Shown in pieces: positions 11,917-26,933 of a stretch of 64,000 nucleotides of DNA. The DNA lies in NCBI RefSeq assembly GCF_024298765.1, contig NZ_CP101210.1. One strand, given 5' to 3'. Both the position numbers and the translations under genes were made by a program. The notes under the pieces are model-generated. The model was given only the letters and a program-made list of their open reading frames with translations, did no database searches and was not told where the DNA came from. How positions within the stretch are numbered: the first letter of the stretch is position 1; the number at the start of each line of letters is the position of its first letter. Source of the stretch: Escherichia coli (GTDB taxonomy: Bacteria > Pseudomonadota > Gammaproteobacteria > Enterobacterales > Enterobacteriaceae).

Positions 11917-12194
11917 TACCGTTGTCTCTCGTCCAGGTTTACTCCTGATAGAAAGTCATCGGCACTTGACGGTAATTACTTATGACCAAAAACCTCTTTG
12001 CGTCACATTTTTACAACAATTATTGCAGAGAAAATTAATGCTATTGGAATGAAGAGAGTAACGAATGGCTAAACTGGCTAACCCGAATGACGAAAAATTC
12101 TGGAAAACAGCACGCAATTTCGTAAAGTGATTATTTTCGTCCCTAAGGAAACCTCATAGGATGCCTGCGGGTGCCTGAGACTTTCTGTTTTCAG

Positions 12195-12256
12195 GCTAAC
12201 CGGGAATCAGAAAGACGAAGGCCCCGACCGATATTTCTATCAACCGAGGCCAACGA

Positions 12257-12267
<11 letters not shown>
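12195..12267 (-). ncRNA. sokB: Putative SokB antisense RNA of the hokB/mokB locus (position inferred)
   Basis: Expected antisense RNA over the mok start region; candidate promoter TTGCCG-N18-TAAGAT on the minus strand with start near 12267; 3' end not defined. Confidence 0.3.
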
Positions 12268-12464
<197 letters not shown>

Positions 12465-12470
12465 GGGCAA

Positions 12471-12491
12471 GCGCGGGGATTTTCCCCGCGC
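12471..12491. other. GC-rich perfect palindrome at hokB 3' end (gcgcgggga-ttt-tccccgcgc)
   Basis: 9-bp stem 7 nt after hokB stop; likely 3' stem-loop of hok mRNA. Confidence 0.6.
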
Positions 12492-12535
12492 ATCTGACTA
12501 GCAGATTCATTTTCTCATGGCACCCCTTTTACACT

Positions 12536-12709
12536 TCAGTTAATGCATGTTTTTTTCGATGCACTAATAGAACCATCATTACAAACAAATTTGCCGCCTG
12601 CCGTACAGTGTGAGATCCCCCCTTTCGAACCAGAACAGGGTTTGCGCCCGGCATCGGCATAAAAGGAAACAAGCGTTCCTATAACCAAGATAAGTGCCAG
12701 TTTTTTCAT
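12536..12709 (-). CDS. ydcA: Small secreted cysteine-rich protein YdcA
   Basis: Hand-translated 57-aa [60 protein letters not shown] with signal peptide; SD ggaggt upstream. Confidence 0.8.
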   Translation of the reverse strand: MKKLALILVIGTLVSFYADAGRKPCSGSKGGISHCTAGGKFVCNDGSISASKKTCIN

Positions 12710-12879
12710 ATAACCTCCATGATTTATCGAATCTTATGTTCGATTTTAACGTTATACGCTGGTTTATTTTGATACCGTTGATGAGATCAAAGATCGGGTG
12801 AATTGATTAAAAATAAGCCAGATGGACGTATGGGCAAGGATTATGGTTTTATTTGTCATACAAATAAATATAATAGGCG

Positions 12880-12943
12880 CTTCCGATGTAGACCCGTATT
12901 CTTCGCCTGTACCACGGGTCGGTTTTAGTACAGGCGTTTTCTT
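12880..12943 (+). ncRNA. rydC: RydC small RNA (Hfq-dependent)
   Basis: 64-nt sequence cttccgatgtagacccgtattcttcgcctgtaccacgggtcggttttagtacaggcgttttctt matches RydC as I remember it; convergent with cybB. Confidence 0.8.
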
Positions 12944-12953
12944 TAAATATCCT

Positions 12954-13484
12954 TCAGGAACGTTTACGCGGCATCATGCGTAGAAGTGTGTTGTCCTTCC
13001 AGAAATAGTGGTGTGCCAGTGCAGCCGCAGCGTGCAACCCGATGACAAAATATCCCAGATTCGCCAGCGTTTCATGCCACGACTTTAAGCTATCAACCCG
13101 TTCGAAATTGGCCTCTGATGCATAAGGCATCGTCATACCAAACGCAAACCACGGGTTACCCCGGTTATACATCATCACCAAACCAATCACTGGCAGCGCA
13201 ATAAACAGGAGATAAATCACCAAATGGCCCAAATGCGCCAGTCCCGTCATCATCGGTTTTGGCTTAGGTATAATCGGCGGGGTTGGGTATTTCAGTCTTA
13301 ACAAAAGACGAACCACCATCAGTACGAGAATTGAGATGCCACAGGAAACATGAATCATGTTGATGAGGGGCCGATCGCTACGTGGGAAGAAACCACGAAA
13401 CTCCATTGCGCAATACGCTACGATAACCAGCAAAAAGACCAGCCAGTGAATGCTGATTTGTAACCTTGAGTATTTATTTCCCAT
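12954..13484 (-). CDS. cybB: Cytochrome b561 CybB
   Basis: ORF 12954..13520; start set at MGNKYSRLQISIHWLVFLLV (176 aa); multi-TM haem-binding His pattern. Confidence 0.9.
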   Translation of the reverse strand: MGNKYSRLQISIHWLVFLLVIVAYCAMEFRGFFPRSDRPLINMIHVSCGISILVLMVVRLLLRLKYPTPPIIPKPKPMMTGLAHLGHLVIYLLFIALPVIGLVMMYNRGNPWFAFGMTMPYASEANFERVDSLKSWHETLANLGYFVIGLHAAAALAHHYFWKDNTLLRMMPRKRS

Positions 13485-13672
13485 AACATTTCCTGCTTTA
13501 ACATAATTTGCCGTTAACATAACGGGCTTTTCTTAAAATTTCATTAAATATTGTTCACCCGTTTTCAGTACGTTACGTTTCACTGCAAGAATGTAGATTG
13601 CCCATCCCGCCATCCTGGTCTAAGCCTGGAAAGGATCAATTTTCATCCGAACGTTCCTGACAGGAGAAGACC

Positions 13673-14674
13673 ATGAGTAAAGTTGGTATTAATGGTTTTG
13701 GTCGTATCGGTCGACTGGTGTTGCGTCGATTACTTGAAGTCAAAAGCAACATAGACGTTGTCGCTATTAATGATCTCACTTCCCCAAAAATTCTCGCCTA
13801 CCTGCTGAAACATGATTCAAACTACGGACCGTTCCCCTGGAGCGTTGATTTTACGGAAGATTCACTTATCGTTGATGGAAAAAGTATCGCGGTTTACGCC
13901 GAAAAAGAGGCTAAAAATATTCCATGGAAAGCGAAAGGCGCAGAAATCATTGTCGAATGTACTGGCTTTTATACCTCCGCAGAGAAATCGCAGGCGCACC
14001 TTGATGCTGGTGCGAAGAAGGTGTTGATTTCCGCCCCTGCCGGTGAAATGAAAACTATCGTTTATAACGTCAATGACGACACTCTGGATGGCAACGACAC
14101 CATTGTTTCCGTGGCGTCATGCACCACTAACTGCCTTGCGCCGATGGCCAAAGCCTTGCATGACAGTTTCGGGATAGAAGTCGGCACGATGACGACCATT
14201 CATGCCTATACCGGCACCCAGTCACTGGTGGATGGTCCGCGTGGGAAGGATTTACGAGCTTCACGCGCAGCGGCAGAAAATATCATTCCCCACACTACAG
14301 GTGCGGCAAAAGCCATTGGTCTGGTGATCCCGGAACTGAGCGGCAAACTGAAAGGTCATGCGCAACGCGTGCCGGTGAAAACAGGTTCGGTCACTGAGCT
14401 GGTGTCCATTCTCGCAAAAAAAGTGACTGCCGAAGAGGTGAATAACGCACTTAAACAAGCAACCACCAATAACGAGTCATTTGGTTATACCGATGAAGAA
14501 ATAGTCTCTTCCGATATCATTGGCAGCCATTTCGGGTCGGTGTTTGATGCCACGCAAACGGAAATTACCGCCGTGGGCGATTTACAACTGGTGAAAACGG
14601 TCGCCTGGTACGATAACGAATATGGCTTCGTCACACAACTCATTCGCACCCTCGAAAAATTCGCTAAACTCTGA
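13673..14674 (+). CDS. gapC: Glyceraldehyde-3-phosphate dehydrogenase GapC (intact)
   Basis: 333-aa uninterrupted ORF with GAPDH motifs ([18 protein letters not shown]). Confidence 0.85.
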   Translation: MSKVGINGFGRIGRLVLRRLLEVKSNIDVVAINDLTSPKILAYLLKHDSNYGPFPWSVDFTEDSLIVDGKSIAVYAEKEAKNIPWKAKGAEIIVECTGFYTSAEKSQAHLDAGAKKVLISAPAGEMKTIVYNVNDDTLDGNDTIVSVASCTTNCLAPMAKALHDSFGIEVGTMTTIHAYTGTQSLVDGPRGKDLRASRAAAENIIPHTTGAAKAIGLVIPELSGKLKGHAQRVPVKTGSVTELVSILAKKVTAEEVNNALKQATTNNESFGYTDEEIVSSDIIGSHFGSVFDATQTEITAVGDLQLVKTVAWYDNEYGFVTQLIRTLEKFAKL

Positions 14675-14682
14675 CGCACACA

Positions 14683-14703
14683 GGCGGAGGAAAAACCTCC
14701 GCC
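14683..14703. terminator. Bidirectional terminator between gapC and aldA (ggcggagg-aaaaa-cctccgcc)
   Basis: 8-bp perfect stem between convergent stop codons. Confidence 0.65.
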
Positions 14704-14714
14704 TCTTCCACTCA

Positions 14715-16154
14715 TTAAGACTGTAAATAAACCACCTGGGTCTGCAGATATTCATGCAAGCCATGTTTGCCATCTGCGCCGCCAATACCAGATTTACGCC
14801 ATCCGGCGTGGAATCCTTGCATAGCTTCGAAGTTTTCACGGTTGATGTAAGTTTCACCAAACTTCAGCCCTTTAATGCCTTTCATCGCGACGTTCAGATT
14901 TTGGGTATAGATTGATGAGGTCAGGCCGTAATCACTATCATTCGCCATTGAGATAGCCTCTTCCAGCGTGTCAAATGCGACCACCGGCAGAACCGGGCCA
15001 AAGGTTTCCTCATGCATAATCGACATTTCCTGGCGAACATCCAGCAGCAATGTCGGCGGATAATAATATCCTTTCCCCTCTACCGCTTTGCCACCCAACG
15101 CCACTCTCGCCCCTTCTTCTACTGCGCGCGCCACTTTTTGCTCGACCCTTTCCAGCGCCGCGGCGTTAATCAACGGCCCCATCGCAATGTCGTTGCGTTC
15201 AGCGGGGTTACCAAATTGAACCGCCTGCATCGCTTCACCCAGCCGATTGACAAACTGATCATAAATGCCTTTCTGTACATAAACACGTTCTGCACAGTTA
15301 CACACTTGCCCACTATTAATGACGCGTGAATCAACGATGGCTTTGACTGCCAGTTCAAGATCGGCATCGTCCATTACGATAGCCGGTGCTTTACCCCCCA
15401 ATTCCAGGCACACTTTGGTGATGTTTTTCGCCGCAGTCGCCATAATCTTTTCACCTGCAGAGACGCTGCCTGTCATACTGACCATTGCGACCTTTGGGTT
15501 ACCCGCCAGTTCTTGCCCAACGGTTTCACCACGCCCCAGAACAAGGTTAAACACGCCGCGCGGAAGGCCTATTTCATCGACAATTTTGGCGAATGCAATC
15601 GCATTGTTTGGCGTAAATTCACTGGGTTTAATGACGATGGTATTACCGGTCAAAAGAGCGGGAGCCATTTTGCGGGCAATGAGGAAGAACGGGAAGTTCC
15701 ACGGCAGAATGCCGGTAGTCACGCCAAGCGCACGTTTAAACAGAAGAATATTTTCTCCTGGACGATCGCTTTGAATAATCTCGCCTTCATAACGCCGTGC
15801 CCACTCCGCCATGTAATCGATATAGTCCGCAGTAAAAGCCACTTCGACTTCAGCCAGCTGCTGGATCTTACCCCCTTCTTCAACAATCAGCGTACTGATT
15901 TCACTGGCGCGTTCGCGGATCCCGGCGGAGATTTTGCGCAACCAACTGGCGCGTTCAATAGCAGGCAACGCTTCCCATTCTGGTTGTGCACGTTCTGCTG
16001 CATCGATTGCCTTACGGGCATCCTCGGCCTGACCATCGGGAATGCGGGAAATGACAGCCTCTGTAGCAGGGTTTACCACATCAATCCATGCGTCTCCACG
16101 CCAGGTAACAAACTGTCCATCAATATACATAGGATGTTGAACGGGTACTGACAT
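14715..16154 (-). CDS. aldA: Lactaldehyde dehydrogenase AldA
   Basis: 479-aa ORF recognised as AldA (MSVPVQHPMYIDGQFV...), aldehyde dehydrogenase catalytic Cys motif. Confidence 0.95.
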   Translation of the reverse strand: MSVPVQHPMYIDGQFVTWRGDAWIDVVNPATEAVISRIPDGQAEDARKAIDAAERAQPEWEALPAIERASWLRKISAGIRERASEISTLIVEEGGKIQQLAEVEVAFTADYIDYMAEWARRYEGEIIQSDRPGENILLFKRALGVTTGILPWNFPFFLIARKMAPALLTGNTIVIKPSEFTPNNAIAFAKIVDEIGLPRGVFNLVLGRGETVGQELAGNPKVAMVSMTGSVSAGEKIMATAAKNITKVCLELGGKAPAIVMDDADLELAVKAIVDSRVINSGQVCNCAERVYVQKGIYDQFVNRLGEAMQAVQFGNPAERNDIAMGPLINAAALERVEQKVARAVEEGARVALGGKAVEGKGYYYPPTLLLDVRQEMSIMHEETFGPVLPVVAFDTLEEAISMANDSDYGLTSSIYTQNLNVAMKGIKGLKFGETYINRENFEAMQGFHAGWRKSGIGGADGKHGLHEYLQTQVVYLQS

Positions 16155-16350
16155 GAGCGACTCCTGTGATTTATATGTTTGTTTTTGGTAAATGCATTGT
16201 TAATTAACATCAATCATCATAGAGACGGCATCATGAAAGGACAATTCTGTGAAGGGCTTCATAAAAACAAGTATAAAAGGAATAAGAGGCAGAAATAAAA
16301 GGCAGGAGTTATGCCCGTTTGCAAACAAGTGGTTCACAAACGGGCAATTT

Positions 16351-17151
16351 TTAACGTAACGAGCGACTTTCCATCGCCTCGATGAGCACCGCATCGTGTT
16401 TCAGCGTTTGCCATGCCTGGATGACTTCTGCCGGAAAATCAACGTGAACGATAAAATCTCGCCCGCGTGGACCGTAGCCATCGCTATCATCGCGTAAACG
16501 TGGCAGCTCGCCAGTGAGTAGTGAGAGATAACGCTCAACCGGCCATAATCCTTGCAACGGATTAACAAAGATTACACTGTCTGCGTTATTTCCTAACTGA
16601 GGAACGAATCCGGGATAACTTAACCAGCGTGGTGCATCGGGATTGTCCCCAGTCATACGGCGGAACGTCGCCATCGTGCGCCGCTGCATGGTGGGGTCCT
16701 GAACAACGATAGCCGTATGAACTCGTTCTACGGCCTGATTCAATAGCGCGATGCTAAAGCGTGCGTTTTCACCGCAGTTTGTTGACTGGTCTTCAATCCA
16801 GATTTTTTCATGCGGAATGTGCCAGAACTGATGAGCGATATCCGCCAGGATGGTCGCTTCTGCTCTGCCAGTGGTGCGGATAGTGTTGTAGTGCGGATGC
16901 TGTGCGATGGCGCTATACAAAAAAGTTGTCGAGTGACCGATACCACCACTGATCAGTAAAGGAATTTGCTGATCGCGGGCAATCTTACATGCCGCGTCGA
17001 TAGTCGGCATAACCGCATTGCCTGCAAGGATCACGCAATCGGCCTGATACGGCATCTCACCGGAGAAATCATCCTGCGCCAGCCACTGACCGATAACATT
17101 TATGGCATCTATGGTTGCCGGCGAAAGCGTCGGAAACGGGGTAATGTTCAT
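16351..17151 (-). CDS. ydcF: DUF218-family protein YdcF
   Basis: 266-aa ORF, synteny between hrpA and aldA. Confidence 0.85.
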   Translation of the reverse strand: MNITPFPTLSPATIDAINVIGQWLAQDDFSGEMPYQADCVILAGNAVMPTIDAACKIARDQQIPLLISGGIGHSTTFLYSAIAQHPHYNTIRTTGRAEATILADIAHQFWHIPHEKIWIEDQSTNCGENARFSIALLNQAVERVHTAIVVQDPTMQRRTMATFRRMTGDNPDAPRWLSYPGFVPQLGNNADSVIFVNPLQGLWPVERYLSLLTGELPRLRDDSDGYGPRGRDFIVHVDFPAEVIQAWQTLKHDAVLIEAMESRSLR

Positions 17152-17365
17152 GGTTCCTCCTTATCGTTCCCTTAAGAATACTGCGTGAGATAATAGTGAG
17201 AAGCGGAGCACTCTGAAAGGAGGAAGTCCTATTTCCTTAACCGCCACTCCGCAAGCCTGACATATCTTTTAAGGAAATGCTGTAGATAAACATTATTCAT
17301 CTTGCAGCTGAGAATTGTATTTTTCTGAATTCCTGAATTTTTGCCCTTACCGTTTTAGAATTAAT

Positions 17366-17395
17366 AAAAAACCCGGCGCTAAATGCTTACCGGGT
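17366..17395 (-). terminator. Rho-independent terminator after hrpA
   Basis: Hairpin acccgg...ccgggt followed on the minus strand by a U-run. Confidence 0.65.
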
Positions 17396-17422
17396 TTTAG
17401 ATTTATCAGGCAAATAGCAGTG

Positions 17423-20400
17423 TTAACCGCTAATCTGCTCCATCGCCTGCAAAATACGCTTATCTGAAATCGGATAAGGCGTACCAAGTTGTTGAGCGAA
17501 GTAACTAACGCGCAACTCTTCTATCATCCAACGGATCTCTTTCACGTCTTCATCCTCACGACGTGCGGGCGGCAGTTTGTTGATCCATTGCTGCCACGCC
17601 TGCTGGACATTTTCGACTTTCAGCATCTGAGCACGGTCGCGATGTGGGTCAACCGCCAGTTTTTCCAGCCGTTTTTCAATCGCCTGCAAATAACGCAGCG
17701 TGTCGCCCAACCGTTTGAAGCCGTTACCAGTCACAAAACCGCGATACACCAGCCCGCCCATCTGCGCTTTGATGTCAGAAAGCCCCAGCGCCATAGTCAT
17801 ATCCACCCGCCCTTTCAGGCGTTTGTTGATATTGAACACTGCCGTAAGGATTTGCTCGACCTGCTTCGCAATATCCACCACCGTATCGTTCAGTTCAGCG
17901 CGGACTTTCTCATGCAGCGCAGCAAAGCCTTCTTCCGTCCAGACCGGGCCACCATTGGCGTCGATCAGTTGATCCACCCCGCAGGAGATACAGTCGTCGA
18001 TCAGCTCCAGCACTTTGCCATACGGGTTAAAGTACAGCCCCAGCTTGGCTTTGTTCGGTAACTTTTCATGCAAATACTTGATCGGCGATGGAATATTCAG
18101 TAGCAGTAGACGGCGAAGACCGTTCCACATTGCCTGCTTTTGTTCCAGCGGATTATCAAACAGTTTGATCGCCACGCTGTCGCGTTCATCCACTAGCGCT
18201 GGCCACGCCTTCACTTTGTAGTTGCCACGCTTCTGTTCGTAGCTTTCCGGCAGTTGCCCAAAGCTCCAGATATGTAAGCCGCTCTGCTCGATACCGTCAT
18301 CCGCCACCGCAGACAGCGTTTCCTGCACTTTGCCTTTCAGCGCATCTTTCAGATCTTGTAGAGAGCGCCCTTCTTTTAGCTTCTTGTTTTTGTCATCCAC
18401 CACGCGGAAGGTGATTTTCAGGTGATCGGGCACCTGATCCCAGTGCCAGTCTTCGCGGTCAACGGTAACACCGGTCATCCGCCGTAACTCGCGCTCAAGG
18501 CTGTCGAGCAACGGTAACTCCAGCGGTGTGACGCGGCCTAAAAACGCTTCGGCGTAGTTTGGTGCAGGCACAAAATTACGGCGTACCGGTTTCGGCAACG
18601 ATTTAATCAGTGCGATGATCAGTTCACGACGCAGGCCGGGGATTTGCCATTCAAACCCGCTCTCTTCTACCTGATTAAGCAGCGGCAGCGGAATATGCAC
18701 GGTCACACCGTCCGCGTCCGCGCCTGGCTCAAACTGATAGCTCAAACGCAGCTTGAGATTGCCCTGATGCCAGAAGTTCGGGTAATCCAGCTTGCTGATT
18801 TTTTCCGCCCCTTCTTTGATCAACATGCTCTTTTCAAAGTTGAGCAAATCAGGCGTTTCGCGGCTGACTTTTTTCCACCAGCTGTCGAAGTGACGAGCGG
18901 AGATTACATCGTGGCTGATGCGCTGGTCGTAGAACTCAAACAGCGTTTCGTCATCAACCAGAATATCGCGGCGACGTGATTTGTGTTCCAGCTCTTCCAC
19001 TTCGGCCCGCAGTTTCAGGTTTTCACGGAAGAATGCGTGACGCGTCTGCCAGTCACCTTCCACCAGAGCGTGGCGAATAAAGAGTTCACGACATAACGCC
19101 GGATCGATCTGGCTGTAGTTGACCTTACGCGCAGCAACAATCGGCAAACCATAAACAGTGACTTTTTCCGTTGCCATCACCGCGCCCTGCGCCCGTTCCC
19201 AGTGCGGTTCGCTGTAGGTGCGTTTAATCAAATGCTGAGCAACGGGTTCTACCCATTCAGGGTCGATACGCGCAGCAATGCGCCCCCACAGGCGGCTGGT
19301 TTCTACCAGTTCCGCCACCATTACCCATTTCGGCGGCTTTTTGAATAAACCAGAACCGGGAAAGATGGAAAAACGCGCGTTACGTGCGCCGGTATATTCT
19401 TGTTTATCGGCATCTTTCATGCCGATATGGGAAAGCAAACCGGTCAGTAAGGCGATGTGAATTTCGCGATACTCCGCCGGTTCGCTGTTAACCGGAATGC
19501 CAAGTTCTTTCACCACCTGGCGCAACTGGGTGTAGATATCCTGCCATTCGCGCACGCGCAGATAGTTGAGATAATCGGTACGACACAGGCGACGGAAGGC
19601 GTTAGAAGAAAGCGCCTTTTGCTGCTCGCCGAGATAATTCCACAGATTTACAAACGCGAGGAAGTCGGATTCTTTGTCGTGGAAGCGGCGATGTTTTTCG
19701 TCCGATGCCTGCTGTTTGTCCATCGGTCGTTCGCGCGGATCCTGGATGGAGAGCGCGGACGTGATAATCATCGCCTCACGCACGCAGCCATGTTTTTGCG
19801 CTTCCAGCACCATACGCGCCAGACGTGGGTCGACAGGCAACTGCGAGAGCTGGCGACCGAGCGGCGTCAGTTTATAGGCGCTGGCCTGTTCATCAGTGGT
19901 GATCGCGCCCAGTTCTTCGAGCAGACGCACGCCATCCTGGATATTGCGTTTATCCGGTGCTTCGACAAATGGGAACGCGGCGATATCGCCCAACCCCAGC
20001 GCGGTCATCTGTAAAATAACCGAGGCCAGGTTGGTACGCAGAATCTCCGGATCGGTAAATTCCGGGCGCGAAAGGAAATCGTCTTCGGAATAGAGACGAA
20101 TACAGATCCCTTCGGACACACGACCACAGCGGCCTTTACGCTGGTTGGCAGACGCCTGCGAAATGGGCTCAATCGGCAAACGCTGCACTTTGGTGCGATA
20201 GCTGTAGCGGCTGATACGCGCCGTACCTGGGTCGATAACGTATTTAATCCCCGGTACGGTCAGCGACGTTTCCGCGACGTTGGTCGCCAGCACAATGCGC
20301 CGTCCGCTGTGCGACTGGAACACGCGGTTCTGTTCGCTGTTCGAAAGCCGCGCATAAAGCGGCAAGATTTCGGTATGCCGCAGATTTAGCTTGTTCAGCG

Positions 20401-21325
20401 CATCTGCGGTATCGCGAATTTCCCGCTCACCGCTCATAAAGATCAGAATGTCGCCGGAGCTTTCCTGACTCAGTTCGTCTACGGCGTCAAAAATCGCCTG
20501 CAGCTGATCGCGCTCGGTGTCATCGGCTTCTTCAACAATCGGTCGATAGCGCACTTCCACCGGATAGGTCCGACCGGAGACTTCGATAATCGGCGCATTA
20601 TTAAAGTGGCGCGAAAAGCGTTCCGGGTCGATAGTCGCGGAAGTGATAATGATTTTTAGGTCAGGACGCCGCGGTAGCAACTCTTTCAAATAGCCGAGCA
20701 GAAAATCGATATTCAGGCTACGTTCGTGCGCTTCGTCAATAATGATAGTGTCGTACTGCATCAGCAGGCGGTCTTGCTGGATCTCCGCCAGCAGGATACC
20801 GTCGGTCATCAGCTTGACCATCGTGTTATCACTAACGTGATCACTGAAACGCACTTTGTAACCGATGCAACCGCCCGGCTCCGTTTTCAGCTCTTCCGCA
20901 ATACGGTTCGCCACCGTTCGTGCCGCCAGGCGACGCGGTTGGGTATGACCGATCAGCCCTTTAATCCCGCGCCCCAGTTCCATACAGATTTTCGGTAGCT
21001 GAGTCGTTTTACCGGAACCGGTTTCCCCGGCGACGATCACCACCTGGTGATCACGAATCGCTTCGAGTATGTCCTGCTTTTTCTGACTAACCGGCAAATT
21101 GTCCGGATAAGTGATTTCCGGTCGTGCCGCTTCACGCAGCAGGACTTTCCCTGCCGCATGGTCAATCTCTTTCGCCATCTCCTGGAAAATGGCCTGTTGT
21201 GCATCAGGATTTTTAACCTTCTTCACGCCGTGCAGACGGCGAGAAAAACGCAGTCTGTCGCGCAGCATCAGCGAATCCAGCCGCTGCTGCAAGGCCGTAA
21301 AGGTCAATTTTTGTTGTTCTGTCAT
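17423..21325 (-). CDS. hrpA: ATP-dependent RNA helicase HrpA (DEAH-box)
   Basis: 1300-aa ORF with Walker A GETGSGKTTQ and DEAH motif. Confidence 0.95.
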   Translation of the reverse strand: MTEQQKLTFTALQQRLDSLMLRDRLRFSRRLHGVKKVKNPDAQQAIFQEMAKEIDHAAGKVLLREAARPEITYPDNLPVSQKKQDILEAIRDHQVVIVAGETGSGKTTQLPKICMELGRGIKGLIGHTQPRRLAARTVANRIAEELKTEPGGCIGYKVRFSDHVSDNTMVKLMTDGILLAEIQQDRLLMQYDTIIIDEAHERSLNIDFLLGYLKELLPRRPDLKIIITSATIDPERFSRHFNNAPIIEVSGRTYPVEVRYRPIVEEADDTERDQLQAIFDAVDELSQESSGDILIFMSGEREIRDTADALNKLNLRHTEILPLYARLSNSEQNRVFQSHSGRRIVLATNVAETSLTVPGIKYVIDPGTARISRYSYRTKVQRLPIEPISQASANQRKGRCGRVSEGICIRLYSEDDFLSRPEFTDPEILRTNLASVILQMTALGLGDIAAFPFVEAPDKRNIQDGVRLLEELGAITTDEQASAYKLTPLGRQLSQLPVDPRLARMVLEAQKHGCVREAMIITSALSIQDPRERPMDKQQASDEKHRRFHDKESDFLAFVNLWNYLGEQQKALSSNAFRRLCRTDYLNYLRVREWQDIYTQLRQVVKELGIPVNSEPAEYREIHIALLTGLLSHIGMKDADKQEYTGARNARFSIFPGSGLFKKPPKWVMVAELVETSRLWGRIAARIDPEWVEPVAQHLIKRTYSEPHWERAQGAVMATEKVTVYGLPIVAARKVNYSQIDPALCRELFIRHALVEGDWQTRHAFFRENLKLRAEVEELEHKSRRRDILVDDETLFEFYDQRISHDVISARHFDSWWKKVSRETPDLLNFEKSMLIKEGAEKISKLDYPNFWHQGNLKLRLSYQFEPGADADGVTVHIPLPLLNQVEESGFEWQIPGLRRELIIALIKSLPKPVRRNFVPAPNYAEAFLGRVTPLELPLLDSLERELRRMTGVTVDREDWHWDQVPDHLKITFRVVDDKNKKLKEGRSLQDLKDALKGKVQETLSAVADDGIEQSGLHIWSFGQLPESYEQKRGNYKVKAWPALVDERDSVAIKLFDNPLEQKQAMWNGLRRLLLLNIPSPIKYLHEKLPNKAKLGLYFNPYGKVLELIDDCISCGVDQLIDANGGPVWTEEGFAALHEKVRAELNDTVVDIAKQVEQILTAVFNINKRLKGRVDMTMALGLSDIKAQMGGLVYRGFVTGNGFKRLGDTLRYLQAIEKRLEKLAVDPHRDRAQMLKVENVQQAWQQWINKLPPARREDEDVKEIRWMIEELRVSYFAQQLGTPYPISDKRILQAMEQISG

Positions 21326-21516
21326 AACGTTAGTGGGCAGTAGGCTGCCTGATTAATTTTCTTTTAAATGATAGATATAGAGTACCACATCGCGGCTTTC
21401 TATGCGTTGTTCAATAAATTCGAACATAGGCTTCGATTTATTGCGCTATCTCTGTGGCAGGATTGTGAATAAAGTGTCAACAAGCAACGGGGCATCGCCC
21501 ATTCAAACATCTATAA

Positions 21517-22131
<615 letters not shown>

Positions 22132-22145
22132 CCGGACACGGTCTT

Positions 22146-22175
22146 GATGTGGACTGTAGATATTCAGTCCACATC
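22146..22175. other. Perfect 10-bp inverted repeat between convergent azoR and ynbD (gatgtggact/agtccacatc)
   Basis: Read directly; no U-run, so function as terminator is uncertain. Confidence 0.5.
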
Positions 22176-22184
22176 TCAATCCAC

Positions 22185-25248
<3,064 letters not shown>

Positions 25249-25263
25249 TCTCTCTATTTTCCT

Positions 25264-26160
25264 TCAGTAACAGCAATAGCGAATAAAATAAAAAAATACC
25301 GGAGCGGTGAAAATTAATGAGTCAATCCTGTCAAGGAGTCCGCCATGTCCTGGTAATAGTTTTCCACTATCTTTAACACCAACATCTCGTTTGATGGCTG
25401 ACATCACTACATCGCCGCAAAAACCACTAATACCAATTAACAAACCCGCTAATAATGCCTGTAATGTATCTAGCGGTGTCAGTAACGGTCCAATAATCAG
25501 TGACACAATCATGGTAGTGATTACGCCCCCCACCAGACCTTCCAGCGTTTTTCCCGGGCTGACTTTGGGGACCACTTTTCTTCTGCCGCAGGATTTCCCC
25601 CATAAATACTGTGCAATATCGTTTGACTCGGTTAATGCCAAAAGAAATAACACCAGTAACGCCTCGCCCTGGATATTTGTGGTTGGCAACATTAATAACC
25701 AGGCGGTATGACTCAAGGCGAAAACGGTCATTATCCAGCCACAAAAAATGGCGCTCACGGTATGCAGAAAACCGGAGGGTTCACCCACAAAAACTCGCCA
25801 GGTGGCTAATATCAGAAACCCAAACAAAGGTATAAATAACAGAAACAGCTCAAAGCAATTTAAACCGATAAGCAAATAGTTAAGAGGAATAACCCAATAT
25901 AACCAACGCGGAAAATGTACGGATATAAGCGTACAATATTCTTTCAATGCCAGAAAACTTATCAGCGCAAAAAACGTCAACGTCACCCAGCGTGGACCTG
26001 AAATCACCAGTGAAAAACAAATGACGATGCCCCACCAGGTACGAATACGTAATGTAACTTCATCCCCTTTTCTCTCCGGTAACCGCCATACCAGAAAACG
26101 GTTTATCAGCATTGCTAAAATTAACAACGCGAAAAGTGTTGCCAGAGATTTTTCCAGCAT
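25264..26160 (-). CDS. ynbB: Phosphatidate cytidylyltransferase-like membrane protein YnbB
   Basis: 298-aa polytopic ORF, synteny. Confidence 0.85.
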   Translation of the reverse strand: MLEKSLATLFALLILAMLINRFLVWRLPERKGDEVTLRIRTWWGIVICFSLVISGPRWVTLTFFALISFLALKEYCTLISVHFPRWLYWVIPLNYLLIGLNCFELFLLFIPLFGFLILATWRVFVGEPSGFLHTVSAIFCGWIMTVFALSHTAWLLMLPTTNIQGEALLVLFLLALTESNDIAQYLWGKSCGRRKVVPKVSPGKTLEGLVGGVITTMIVSLIIGPLLTPLDTLQALLAGLLIGISGFCGDVVMSAIKRDVGVKDSGKLLPGHGGLLDRIDSLIFTAPVFFYFIRYCCY

Positions 26161-26765
26161 TATTTTTCAGCGTTCATCAGGAGCACACTCCGACAACGAT
26201 TAATCGCAGTCCAGAGAAGCAGAATTGAAGCAATGCTCCATAAAAGATTATTCCATTGCATCCACTGTGGATAAATGGCAACGGCCAGCACCCACAACCC
26301 AAATATTAACGCGCGATCGCTTTTGCCAAATGGACCGGCATAACTGCGAATACCGTTAATCGTCTGCGCGAGTAAACCGCAAAACTCAGTCAATATGGTG
26401 CAAAATAACATGAGTATTACGAGTGATGCGTTACTTTCCGGTAAAAATAAAAACGGTAAATAAAGCGCAATATCGGAAATAACATCGCCAGTTTCATTCA
26501 AAATCGCCCCATGACGTGTTTGCTGATTGCACTCACGCGCCATCATGCCATCCAGCGCATTGAGTGCCATACGGACAAAAAGCACGATGGGCAATAGCAG
26601 AAACATGCCATGATATGGCACCAACGCCAACAACAAACCGGTGAGAAGAGAAAGTGCCAACGCGGCAAGGGTGATCTGATTTGCAGACACTTGCCGCTTA
26701 TGAAGCCAAAACATCGTCGGCCTTAACAGTGACTGAAAGAGCGGTTTTATCTGGTAGAGCGTCAT
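26160..26765 (-). CDS. ynbA: CDP-alcohol phosphatidyltransferase-family membrane protein YnbA
   Basis: ORF 26160..26771 (201-203 aa), synteny; stop overlaps ynbB start. Confidence 0.85.
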   Translation of the reverse strand: MTLYQIKPLFQSLLRPTMFWLHKRQVSANQITLAALALSLLTGLLLALVPYHGMFLLLPIVLFVRMALNALDGMMARECNQQTRHGAILNETGDVISDIALYLPFLFLPESNASLVILMLFCTILTEFCGLLAQTINGIRSYAGPFGKSDRALIFGLWVLAVAIYPQWMQWNNLLWSIASILLLWTAINRCRSVLLMNAEK

Positions 26766-26933
26766 TATCAATCCTTGATAATTCTGTTTGCGCTATGGTG
26801 CATCAATTGCCCTGGCAGAGATATCGCAACACGCCGCTTCATTAAAAATTCAGAATATATCAAGGTATTGGGGCTCACTGTCAGGAATGATTATCCCCAA
26901 TTAATCAAATAGTTAAAAATATTACGCTGTTAT

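Noticed and set aside
17489-21356. Numerous plus-strand ORFs of 60-200 aa inside hrpA (e.g. 17489..18061, 19457..20014, 21047..21343)
   Set aside because: All are antisense to the 1300-aa HrpA ORF, lack RBS context, and reflect frame openness of antisense DNA.
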